From a virus (taxonomy: Duplodnaviria; Heunggongvirae; Uroviricota; Caudoviricetes): 34,039 nucleotides of DNA. The stretch lies in IMG/VR virus record IMGVR_UViG_2617270939_000002; one strand, given 5' to 3'. The notes beneath the pieces are model-generated. The model saw only the letters and a list, made by a program, of their open reading frames with translations, made no database searches and was not told the origin of the DNA. Made by a program: the position numbers and the translations under genes. This document shows, piece by piece, positions 17,986-27,156 of the stretch; position 1 is the first letter of the stretch, and each line of letters starts with the position of its first letter.

Positions 17986-18878
17986 TTCAGATACGTTTTG
18001 GCGATAATTTTATTTACCTGGAAACTAATAAGTTAATTCCATCTAAGGAATTATTAGAAAACGTAAAGCGAAGCCATAAATATCATCAAATAGTTACCTC
18101 TATCGAAAGCTTAGGTATTATTGAACCAATAATAGTATTCTATGACAAAGATAAAGATGTCACTAAGATACTTGATGGCCATTTAAGGGTTGAGGCTTTA
18201 AAAGACTTAGGTATAGAAAAAGCTCCATGTATACTTTCGAGCATAGATGATGCTTTCACTCCTAACAAACAAGTGAATCATATAAATGTAGTTGAAGAAC
18301 ATAGAATGATAATTAAGTCTCTGGCAAAAGTATCAATTGAAAAACTTAGTGCTGCTTTGGGCATATCTGTTGATGCCATAAAAGATAAAGCGAATGTGAT
18401 GAACGGCATAGATCCAAGTGTAATTGCGAAACTTTCTGATAAACCTATACCTAAGGCTACATTTGACGTTTTGAGGAAAATGAAGCCAATTCGCCAAATT
18501 GAAGCAGTCGGTACAATGATTAATTTTGATAATTATAGTAAAAAATTTGCAATGAGCATCTTGGATGCAACACCGGCATCGATGATAGTAAATAAAGGGA
18601 AAAACACTCCCTATAAAAAGGATATAAAAAAAACCATACTTCGTCTGGAACAAGAAATGGCAACAACTTCGGAAGAAACGAAAAAGCTTCAAACCGAGTA
18701 TGGTTCAGATATGTTGAAATTCGTTATAATCCAGTCATATATTAATAAATTACTTGGCAATTCTAAAGTTCTTCATTGGTTCTTAGAAAACGAGGTTGAT
18801 TATCTTAATGAGTTAAAAAGAATTTCTAGAATAAATTCTTTGGATGATAAGACTCTTACTGAAAACAGCAAGTCATAG
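17982..18878 (+). CDS. ParB-like N-terminal domain protein with HTH (paralog 2)
   Basis: IIEPIIVFYDKDKDVTKILDGHLRVEALKDLGIEKAPCIL...; ATGA overlap with paralog 1. Confidence 0.65.
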   Translation: MIQIRFGDNFIYLETNKLIPSKELLENVKRSHKYHQIVTSIESLGIIEPIIVFYDKDKDVTKILDGHLRVEALKDLGIEKAPCILSSIDDAFTPNKQVNHINVVEEHRMIIKSLAKVSIEKLSAALGISVDAIKDKANVMNGIDPSVIAKLSDKPIPKATFDVLRKMKPIRQIEAVGTMINFDNYSKKFAMSILDATPASMIVNKGKNTPYKKDIKKTILRLEQEMATTSEETKKLQTEYGSDMLKFVIIQSYINKLLGNSKVLHWFLENEVDYLNELKRISRINSLDDKTLTENSKS

Positions 18879-19532
18879 TCATGTTTTATATAGCCTAAAT
18901 AAACCAAGAAGTATACTTACACAACGACCTTCACGCCGAAGAAGCTGTCAGATACGCCAGCAACCAAAGCATTACGTTTAAGTGTCAGTCATTGATACGA
19001 AGGGATAACTGCGTATCAGCAGCCGGACATTGAGTCGAATAAAGGCTGGTAGAGAGGGACAGTTCTGTGTCACCGGGAGATTCGTCAGAAACATCAGCGG
19101 CAGAACAGATGAACCAGCAATTGGTAGTGCACAGAAAACTCTCCAGTATTTAATTATTCAACTTAACACTAAAAAAAATCACATATTTAATATCATAATT
19201 TTTCTTTGGTCTACGTATGCGAGAGTTATTGTGGCTTTAACCGGGTATTAGGAGTCGTTTCAGATAAAAGATGTTCTTCGATTCGACTGGACTTGGTAAT
19301 AGCAATAAGTAATCGTTAATATTGAAGGACGAAAGGCTACTTCAAAACAAAGTAACCTTTCCAATATTCCCATCTATGGGACAAGTGGTACATTAACTGC
19401 ACATAGTGCAGGATACATATGACATAAAACTTTTTATTTATGGCATACATTATAAATAACTTGTATTTTATGAATGTCAATAGGTTCTTGTTTAATACTT
19501 TTAAAATAATTAATTGATTGTTTTTATTATAG

Positions 19533-19552
19533 CTTCGCTTGTACAAGCGAAG
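19533..19552. repeat. Perfect 9-bp inverted repeat around a central TA dinucleotide (CTTCGCTTG-TA-CAAGCGAAG)
   Basis: Read directly; the 2-nt spacer argues for a DNA-level protein-binding or crossover site rather than an RNA hairpin. Confidence 0.6.
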
Positions 19553-19587
19553 ATCCTATTGTTCTTGAATGAATAATGCCAATTATA

Positions 19588-19631
19588 AGAGAAGCAAGGG
19601 CTAACTCTGCGAAGCCGCTGCGCTTGCTTCT
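19588..19631. other. GC-rich stem-loop (10-bp perfect stem gagaagcaag/cttgcttctc, 24-nt structured loop) inside an AT-rich ORF-free gap
   Basis: Read directly; followed on plus strand by a C/T-rich tract. Confidence 0.5.
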
Positions 19632-20612
19632 CCGGTTTCCCCTTGCTTTTCTTCCCTTCGGTTAGAAAAGAAAAACCTGGTCTTTCTCTTTCAATGTCTG
19701 CACATTTACTACAACAGATTAGACAATCGCAACTATTTATTTTATATGGAAAACTAGTGCTTAAATTGCAGCTCTCATTTTTATCAATCATTTTGCATAA
19801 GATAAATTTAAGTTTATATACCAAGGCATCCCGTTAGTTTTTACACGTAGGTAAACTAATAGTCAAAATCGAACTTTGAATTGTAGATTCTTTTAATTTA
19901 ACTCTATCCATCCGGTTAGAGGTAAAGGGAGGTTCATTTCAAGATATCATTGAACACAGTTCCAGATTAATATTATCAAAGAATTGAAAAAGATAATTAT
20001 TATTGCAATCCGTTAATGAGTCCACTTCAATTTTCCGTTCTTCTTACAGCGTTCTGAACAGTTAAACATATGATAGCTATTTAAAACCTTCGGTAATCTT
20101 ATCCAATACGGACTTGTCTGGTTTGATAATTACCAGAATCACACTATGCTCTTCAGTCTAATTTGTCAGTGATAAGGAGATCCGACCTATCGAACTTGCG
20201 TCATTTCCTAAATTTAGTGATTATAAATGTGGTTATCTATGGTCTTGTTGTGAAGATGTAGGCTGGAATTATCATGACGAACTGCAGCCTACATAAGCCG
20301 ACAGTACGGCTTTGATCGAATCATTAACTCTTTTATCATCTCAGGAACTGTGCAGACATTCCAGTTCAATTTTATAACGTTCAGTAAAAATTTAAAAAGG
20401 TGACAGCCCATGATCTCAATTGCAGACAATCAACCGTCTTTGATGATCATGGGTATATAAGTTTAACAAGATGTCTTCATCTCATGTGATTAAAATATAT
20501 AACAACACTAATTTAAAAATCGATTCTTAACTCTTCCAAAATATCACCCTTTATATTTCATTAAATTAATATCATAACTACACATACTAATTAGATAGTG
20601 TGTTAATTAAAT

Positions 20613-22739
20613 TCATCTAACTGACTCAATGATCTTTTGTTCTATAACTCGCCCACCTTGCTTTCCAGACAAAGGACCAATTAGTACTTTAAAGTCGGCA
20701 TAGTCATCTGCCTCAGGCCTATGCTCTATAATAACAATTGCATTGAATAATTTAGATTTTTGATATATAAAATTCAGCACCTTCGAAGCCGTCTCAGAAT
20801 CAAGTCCAGCGACAGGTTCATCAATAAACAATATTTTGTTTGTTTTTCTGGACTTAGATAGTATTTCACATAATTTTATTCTACGCATTTCACCACCTGA
20901 CAGGGACTGCGTTTTTCTATTAAGTTTCAAATGTGATATTCCAAGATAATGGATAGTTTCAAGAATAGTATTAATCTTAGTGTTATTAAAAAAAGAGCTT
21001 AACTCTTTCAACTCAGTATCATATACATCTATTATATTCATACCATTAATCTGAGACTTTACTTCATCTATATTGTGGTCAAACAGTTTACCCTCACATT
21101 TATGACATGATATGTAGATATCCTTTTCAAAACCCCTTTCATATTTTATCACGCCCTTACCTTCACAAACTTTACATCCACCAAGTTTGTTTGGAAGGAA
21201 ATACTCTATATCTAATTTTGTTATATCGGAGAAAAATTCTGCAATTAATTTATTCAAATCCGTGATAGTTGCGACAGTAGAACGTCCTGTATATGATGAC
21301 AATTTTTGGCTTATATAAATCGAATCGGTAAGACTACAAATAGCTTTAGCTAAAGATGATTTCCCCGATCCGGAGATTCCAGAAAAAACAGTAACACACT
21401 CTTTAGGGATACGTATATTTTGATTAATGATGTTATTTTTATTAAGCCCTTCAAAATAATAGTAATCAGATATATTATTTTTGGGATTGAGGTTCCTTTG
21501 CGGCTGAATTTTTTCTTTTTCACAAATTTCCCCACCAGAAGAACCAGCGTATTTACCAACATGGATTTGCTGATCAGCAAGATCTATGAAATACTGCGAG
21601 TGCTCTACTAAAATAACTGTGTTTTTTTCTGATAATTTTTTTAGCTTTTGAAAGATAACTTCAAAATCGACAGGGTTAATTTGGGATGATATTTCATCGA
21701 TAACAATCAGAATACCTGTTGTATTAGATGTTAAAAGCCTGCTGAAAATAAGTTTTTGTATTTCCCCCCCAGAAAGACTGGGAATTGAACGAGACAAATT
21801 TAAATATCCCAATCCCATATTATTTATTGAGGACAACACTCTAATTAATACTGAGTCACCTATAGTTTTTTTCAGGGTATTACATAATTCAGATATAGGA
21901 GATAGTAAAAATTCATCAAATGTAAATCCTAAAACATCAAGTTGGGCTGTTTCTTGGTTAATTCTGCTTCCATTACAAAATGAGCAATTTTCTTCCTTTT
22001 TATACTTTGAATTGTTTTGGCTCCGTCCTATATTCGAATTAGCAAAAGACATTACGCCTTTATAAAAAGCTCTTCTTTGCTTCGTTTTTCCTTTGTGTTT
22101 AAATCTAAAAGATAATTTCTCAGCGCTTTCTCCATATAGTATTAGGTTTTTCTTTTCAAGTGATAGTGAATCAAAAGTATCATCTACTTTTATATTATTT
22201 TTATCACAATAGACCATAAGTAATTGGTGATAATAATCAGATAACTCACCAGTCCGCCAACATAAAAATGGTTTTTGATCTAGTCTACATTTTTCATTAA
22301 TTAATTCAGATTCATCCACACTAACTATCTCGCCAAGGCCTAAGCAGTGTGGACATTCATTTCTATAATTGTTTATTTTTAATTTATCATAATTAGGTAC
22401 TGCTACGTTTCTTTTGATTTTTAAAGATGACAAAGCTTGAGCTATATTCAGATATGAATATATAGTTGAACGAGGGTTGTTATTTGTGTTTCTTTGTGGT
22501 ATCGCAACAGCGGGAATTAACCCACTGAAATTTGCAACTTTATAATCACTTTCATTCAAATAACCGTTTTCTACAGCATCAAACTCATCTTTGCATAATT
22601 GATAAATTGATGAAAATGCTAAAGAACTTTTTCCTGCGCCCGAACGGCCATAAATAGCGGTTATTGTATTAAATGGTATAGTAACATCTAAATTTTTTAA
22701 ATTATGGGTGGCTATTCCCTCAAAAATGATCTTATTCAT
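20613..22739 (-). CDS. UvrA-like double-ABC ATPase with zinc-finger insertions (708 aa)
   Basis: Two Walker A motifs (GRSGAGKSS, GISGSGKSS), two ABC signatures (LSGGEIQKL, LSGGEMRRI), several CxxC pairs; AGAGGA RBS; ATG overlaps upstream stop as ATGAATAA. Confidence 0.85.
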   Translation of the reverse strand: MNKIIFEGIATHNLKNLDVTIPFNTITAIYGRSGAGKSSLAFSSIYQLCKDEFDAVENGYLNESDYKVANFSGLIPAVAIPQRNTNNNPRSTIYSYLNIAQALSSLKIKRNVAVPNYDKLKINNYRNECPHCLGLGEIVSVDESELINEKCRLDQKPFLCWRTGELSDYYHQLLMVYCDKNNIKVDDTFDSLSLEKKNLILYGESAEKLSFRFKHKGKTKQRRAFYKGVMSFANSNIGRSQNNSKYKKEENCSFCNGSRINQETAQLDVLGFTFDEFLLSPISELCNTLKKTIGDSVLIRVLSSINNMGLGYLNLSRSIPSLSGGEIQKLIFSRLLTSNTTGILIVIDEISSQINPVDFEVIFQKLKKLSEKNTVILVEHSQYFIDLADQQIHVGKYAGSSGGEICEKEKIQPQRNLNPKNNISDYYYFEGLNKNNIINQNIRIPKECVTVFSGISGSGKSSLAKAICSLTDSIYISQKLSSYTGRSTVATITDLNKLIAEFFSDITKLDIEYFLPNKLGGCKVCEGKGVIKYERGFEKDIYISCHKCEGKLFDHNIDEVKSQINGMNIIDVYDTELKELSSFFNNTKINTILETIHYLGISHLKLNRKTQSLSGGEMRRIKLCEILSKSRKTNKILFIDEPVAGLDSETASKVLNFIYQKSKLFNAIVIIEHRPEADDYADFKVLIGPLSGKQGGRVIEQKIIESVR

Positions 22740-23814
22740 ACTTTCCTCTACACCAATCACATTCAGGATCACGTGGAACATCTTGGACGTTAAAAGATAA
22801 ACTTCTAAGACTAAATTCGACTCTTTTATTTTCTTGTTGCAAGTGATCTACTTTCCCGGCAAGTAATTTTATAGCGTCCAAGCTTGCAAGGCTTGCAGCC
22901 AGACCTGATAGTGGTGAAAATGAACCTAATTTTCGTTTTACCCGGTGCAATTTCTTCACATTAACAAGGTCTTTGCTATTTATTTTTCCTAAAAATAGGT
23001 TAAAACAATTAAAGCATGCTGACTTAAATGGAATAATTGTCTGACCGATAAGGGTTTGATGAAGATTATATCCCCCGCCAACTATATGTGGGATATTATG
23101 AATCATACTAAAGAGGGCGATTATTTTACTGGTGTAATCCACATTAGGTTCATCAGCGCAGTTTATTATCAAATCTATATCAGAGGGTAGAATATTTCTT
23201 TTAAAAAAATCATCATCGATAATGTCATTGATAATGTCAATCTTAATATCTGGAGATATCTTTTTCAAAGAGTTGAGTAACGCTATATTTTTATCAGAGT
23301 TAATTTCATCCTCGAAATAAAACTGACGATGTAAATTACTTATATCTACATTATCGTGATCTACAAATATTATCGAACCAACATTGCAATGAGCAAGATA
23401 CGTTGCCACATTACTACCGACTGCTCCAATACCTACAATCATTACTTTTGATTTTTTAAGATTAATTATACATTCTAAAACCTCACTGGTGGTATGACAG
23501 TAGTCTTCAAATGTATTGATCATTCTATATTGTTCAGTGACAAGCTCTGCAGGGTATTGGCAATCTTGATCGATAATTATATTGTTTTCATTCAAAAACA
23601 AAGCTAATTTTTCAAGTTGTTGAATATCGATTCCTGAATAATTTGCTACAATTTCTTGAAGAGAAGTTTGCCCATCAAACATCTTTAAGAGTTCAACTAT
23701 ATTTGGAAAGTTGATTTTTATTTTTATACTTTCTCTAATATTGGATTTAAAAAACTCTACAGTATCATCATTTACGACGATACCAATACTTTGTCGCAGT
23801 CTAAAATTATTCAT
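22732..23814 (-). CDS. E1-like adenylyltransferase (ThiF/MoeB/MccB family) with PqqD-like N-terminal peptide-binding domain, paralog B (alternative GTG start at 23832)
   Basis: KVMIVGIGAVGSNVATYLAHCNVGSIIFVDHDNVDISNLHRQ nucleotide-binding motif; N-terminal LLKMFDGQTSLQEIV; C-terminal CFNC...CDWC. Confidence 0.8.
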   Translation of the reverse strand: MNNFRLRQSIGIVVNDDTVEFFKSNIRESIKIKINFPNIVELLKMFDGQTSLQEIVANYSGIDIQQLEKLALFLNENNIIIDQDCQYPAELVTEQYRMINTFEDYCHTTSEVLECIINLKKSKVMIVGIGAVGSNVATYLAHCNVGSIIFVDHDNVDISNLHRQFYFEDEINSDKNIALLNSLKKISPDIKIDIINDIIDDDFFKRNILPSDIDLIINCADEPNVDYTSKIIALFSMIHNIPHIVGGGYNLHQTLIGQTIIPFKSACFNCFNLFLGKINSKDLVNVKKLHRVKRKLGSFSPLSGLAASLASLDAIKLLAGKVDHLQQENKRVEFSLRSLSFNVQDVPRDPECDWCRGKYE

Positions 23815-24931
23815 TACAGATTTTGCATCCACTTTGTTTTACCAATTCAAAATTAGTCATTTTGCCTTCGTTTGGAAGGTATTCATACCGACTATTTACA
23901 TATGAAAATGCTGAATCATCCAACAGGAAGTGAATTAATTTCATGCAACTTAGATTAGCTGAAAAACCATTCATCATTGCTAATCCACCAGGCCCTCCTG
24001 GAATATAATTATCATAGACAGATTTTGAAAGGTCCAGTTGAGGATTATTGACTATACTATATACAGGCTTCCATCCTTTTAATGCCTTTGAAAACGTATT
24101 TTGGGCACAATCTATACAGGGTGTATGTGGAGGGAATATTAATTCTCCTGAACTCATTAAGTGGGCGTCAAATCCACCTGATACATACAGCGGAATAGCT
24201 CTTGCTTGTGCATATCTACCAAGTTTTAAAGAAGTATGACCTATATAAGGCTCATCACAAGTATTAATAATCAGATCTGTATCATCAGAAATGATAGAGG
24301 ATAGATTAGTAGTAGGTATAAGTTTTTCAAAATGTTTTGTTATTATTACTCGACTATCGATCCAACTCAAAAATTCTGACAGGACATCTACCTTTGGTTT
24401 TCCGATTTTCTTATAGTTATAATAACAATGCCTTGCTGCATTTGACTTTGAAAGGGACTTATAATCAACCAAAACTATATTTTTAACACCTGCGCGGACA
24501 AGTATTTCTATAATTTTGGCTCCTACAGCTCCACACCCAAATAAAACAACCTTTTTGCTCTCCAAGATATGTTGAGTTTCTACACCAGGTCGTTCAAGGA
24601 CAAAATCGTCCCAAAATGTAATTTGTCGTGAAAAACGAGGTTCAATATCGCAAATGTTATTTACATCATAAATAAAATGTTGATTTAGTAAAAAAGCAAT
24701 TAGTTTATCGACATCTTTTGAGCGTAGGGACCCCATCTCAGTAACTATATCATTTATAGTTTTTATACCATCAAGGCTGGCAATAAATCGAGCGACATTT
24801 TTATTAGTTTTTATTTCTAATCTATCACGCGTTGTCATCACATGAAATGTGAGTTTGACATTATCAGTATTATCTTCATTCGATATAAAAATATCCACAG
24901 TTTCTTTTATTTTATATTTTTTGGAGTCCAT
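23807..24931 (-). CDS. E1-like adenylyltransferase (ThiF/MoeB/MccB family) with PqqD-like N-terminal peptide-binding domain, paralog A
   Basis: KKVVLFGCGAVGAKIIEILVRAGVKNIVLVDYK motif; N-terminal FIASLDGIKTINDIVTEMG; C-terminal CIDC...CKIC. Confidence 0.8.
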   Translation of the reverse strand: MDSKKYKIKETVDIFISNEDNTDNVKLTFHVMTTRDRLEIKTNKNVARFIASLDGIKTINDIVTEMGSLRSKDVDKLIAFLLNQHFIYDVNNICDIEPRFSRQITFWDDFVLERPGVETQHILESKKVVLFGCGAVGAKIIEILVRAGVKNIVLVDYKSLSKSNAARHCYYNYKKIGKPKVDVLSEFLSWIDSRVIITKHFEKLIPTTNLSSIISDDTDLIINTCDEPYIGHTSLKLGRYAQARAIPLYVSGGFDAHLMSSGELIFPPHTPCIDCAQNTFSKALKGWKPVYSIVNNPQLDLSKSVYDNYIPGGPGGLAMMNGFSANLSCMKLIHFLLDDSAFSYVNSRYEYLPNEGKMTNFELVKQSGCKICNE

Positions 24932-24945
24932 TGTATATTCCCAAT

Positions 24946-24970
24946 AAAATCGCCCATCAAGGGCGATTTT
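24946..24970 (-). terminator. Perfect 10-bp hairpin (aaaatcgccc-atcaa-gggcgatttt) between small ORF and first E1-like gene; candidate attenuator/partial terminator
   Basis: Read directly; placement between a small ORF and enzyme genes is the classic precursor/processing arrangement. Confidence 0.5.
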
Positions 24971-24979
24971 GAATTTAGA

Positions 24980-25180
24980 TTAATATTGGAGAACGCCGGC
25001 GTTAACCTCCAAGTATTTTTCCCAAGCATCTAAATTCGACGCTGAGTTTTGCTCGTCGTTACCAGCTCGCGTGCATACACGAGTACAACAGTCACTACGT
25101 TCTCCAGAGCAACCACCCGTATAGTTGGCGGTAGCATTGGTATTGCTGATGACTTCAAATGTTAAATCTAAACACTGCAT
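24980..25180 (-). CDS. Small Cys-rich protein (66 aa), candidate precursor/substrate peptide of the E1-like operon
   Basis: ATG at 25180 with AAGGA RBS; MQCLDLTFEVISNTNATANYTGGCSGERSDCCTRVCTRAGNDEQ...; GC content higher than the enzyme genes, so assignment is tentative. Confidence 0.4.
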   Translation of the reverse strand: MQCLDLTFEVISNTNATANYTGGCSGERSDCCTRVCTRAGNDEQNSASNLDAWEKYLEVNAGVLQY

Positions 25181-25610
25181 ATCAGGTCCTTTGCAAGTCA
25201 ATTGATTAGCAAGCTAAGCATTCTCTTTGATATAGCTTAATTTTAAGAAAAAACTTACCCTTCATGATGATTAAATCACAAAACTTCTGTTCATGGGAAT
25301 GGTAATTTTTTGTGCGGATTCAATGCCAAATCTCATCAACAGATCGTCCTAAATAGATGCTCGGAATAGTAAAACAGTTTGAGGGAACTCAGCACGCACT
25401 GAGCGAAGCAGATCGTAGCACTTCTTCTCCGTAGCGAACGATGCCCGATACATAAAACGCTTCATAAAACCCATGACAAGACCCACACCCGCAGATTGAT
25501 CACCATGCTGATGTAGCATCGTGGTGACCGTGGCAGAGACACTGCCAAAACGCTCAGCTATGCCCGTTCATCCACTGAGCGTTGGATAAACTGGTTTACA
25601 GTTTCGAGGA

Positions 25611-26156
25611 TTGAAGACCAGAAATCGTTGCCTAAGCGATATTCTTAAAGCGTCGGCGGAACGTTCAGACAAACCCACTGGAGCTGTGCTACAGCATCTT
25701 ATTGGAGCCAAACTCCAATTGCGCTTTCCCAATGTTAAAATCGGCAGTGACAGAGCCAATGCAGCTGACTTACACACTGACCGTGAGGGTGATTTTCAGG
25801 TGGGTACTACTGCATTCCACGTGACCACCGCACCTATGGAGAAATTGATTTCGCGCTGTGTCGAAAACAAACGTGCAGGCTACAGGCCGGTCATCCTAAC
25901 TCTTGAAAGCAAAGTCATTGCAGCACGCCAGATGGCTGATAACGTTGGTATGTCTGAACAGATAGCCGTCCAGGCAGCCGAAACTTTCATCGGTAACAAT
26001 ATTGAAGAGATTGCTATCTATGACGGCGATAAAATCCGTGAGGGTCTCGCAAGACTGATACGTACGTACAACGTCCGTATCAATACTATCGAGATAGATA
26101 AATCCCTTATGATTGATGAGCCTCGTTGGATCGTTAACTTACTGACCGACTCCTGA
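25611..26156 (+). CDS. Hypothetical protein, possibly 5'-truncated gene remnant (TTG start in ORF track), in a segment of E. coli-like GC content
   Basis: 181-aa ORF without a convincing start or RBS; composition differs from flanking AT-rich DNA. Confidence 0.4.
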   Translation: MKTRNRCLSDILKASAERSDKPTGAVLQHLIGAKLQLRFPNVKIGSDRANAADLHTDREGDFQVGTTAFHVTTAPMEKLISRCVENKRAGYRPVILTLESKVIAARQMADNVGMSEQIAVQAAETFIGNNIEEIAIYDGDKIREGLARLIRTYNVRINTIEIDKSLMIDEPRWIVNLLTDS

Positions 26157-26701
26157 AATACATAGAGATCAGCAAGCTTAACGAGTCGCTTTTTTCCACC
26201 ATACCTAATCCCCAGAACTAAAGCACTACGGCTTGGTTGGGCTGGCGTAAGTCTGCACACTGGGCCTTTTGCATTATGATTTACTCAGAATATATAACCA
26301 ATATGTCGGAAAAGGTTTAAAGTGAATGATTCGTTTTGACGGGATACTTACGATTATCATAGCACCATCACATATTGTGTCTCAGACACAAAGTTGAAAA
26401 TTAAACCTGGAGTAAAAGATATAACATTCCCCCGCTACAATAAGATTCGCCTCAAACATAAAATCTTTAATGGAACACATTTCCTCCTAAGCATTGGGAA
26501 ACAAAAACCCACCAATCAACCGCGAAATAAAAAAAAGCACTTTTTGCTAAATATAAATTTATTTATATAAAACATCGCATTAAATTAATCATATAAAAAG
26601 AAAACGTTTACTTATTTTTCATTATTAAAAATAAATTTGATTTTTAATTATTTAATAATATATATTCATTCCATCAATAAAAATAATAAAGGAGAATAAA
26701 A

Positions 26702-27142
26702 ATGAAAAAACAAAACCACTCAACCCTGACAAGTTACCTCTCTAAAACAAAAAAGAATACAGACCTCTACCGCCTGTATAACCCGCACTTCTCAGTATTC
26801 TGTAAAAATAGCACTGAAGATCATGATTTTTATCTTAATTATTTTTCCAGACATATGGTGACGGAAAGAAACATTCTGACCATATTTGCTATCCATACCT
26901 TTTTCTCTTATGGCATGGACAAAAAAGAGACCATAAAAGCCTTTACTCGTTTCCTTAAAGAGGAGAATAACGACGCTTTTTATCAGTCATTTTCTTTTCG
27001 TGGCTGCAATATCATTTACACAAACAAAAAAAGAGAAGTGAAAGAGATCTCATGGTTTTCCTTTTCACGGATCTATGACGAGATCGTTAAGATAAAAGAA
27101 TATGAATACAACAATAATACCTGGCACAAAATGGCCGCTTAA
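26702..27142 (+). CDS. Hypothetical protein (146 aa), AT-rich, preceded by a strongly AT-rich upstream region
   Basis: ATG with AAGGAG RBS. Confidence 0.55.
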   Translation: MKKQNHSTLTSYLSKTKKNTDLYRLYNPHFSVFCKNSTEDHDFYLNYFSRHMVTERNILTIFAIHTFFSYGMDKKETIKAFTRFLKEENNDAFYQSFSFRGCNIIYTNKKREVKEISWFSFSRIYDEIVKIKEYEYNNNTWHKMAA

Positions 27143-27156
27143 AAAAGGAGCCCCCC

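Noticed and set aside
21350-21611. Short ORFs on both strands inside the UvrA-like gene
   Set aside because: Embedded in a long CDS with clear ABC motifs; low-complexity AT-rich translations.
24932-24980. MccA-like heptapeptide ORF between hairpin and first E1-like gene
   Set aside because: The only ATG lies within the hairpin loop and gives a 16-codon ORF that overlaps the E1 start and ends in Lys, not Asn; no MccA-like peptide found.
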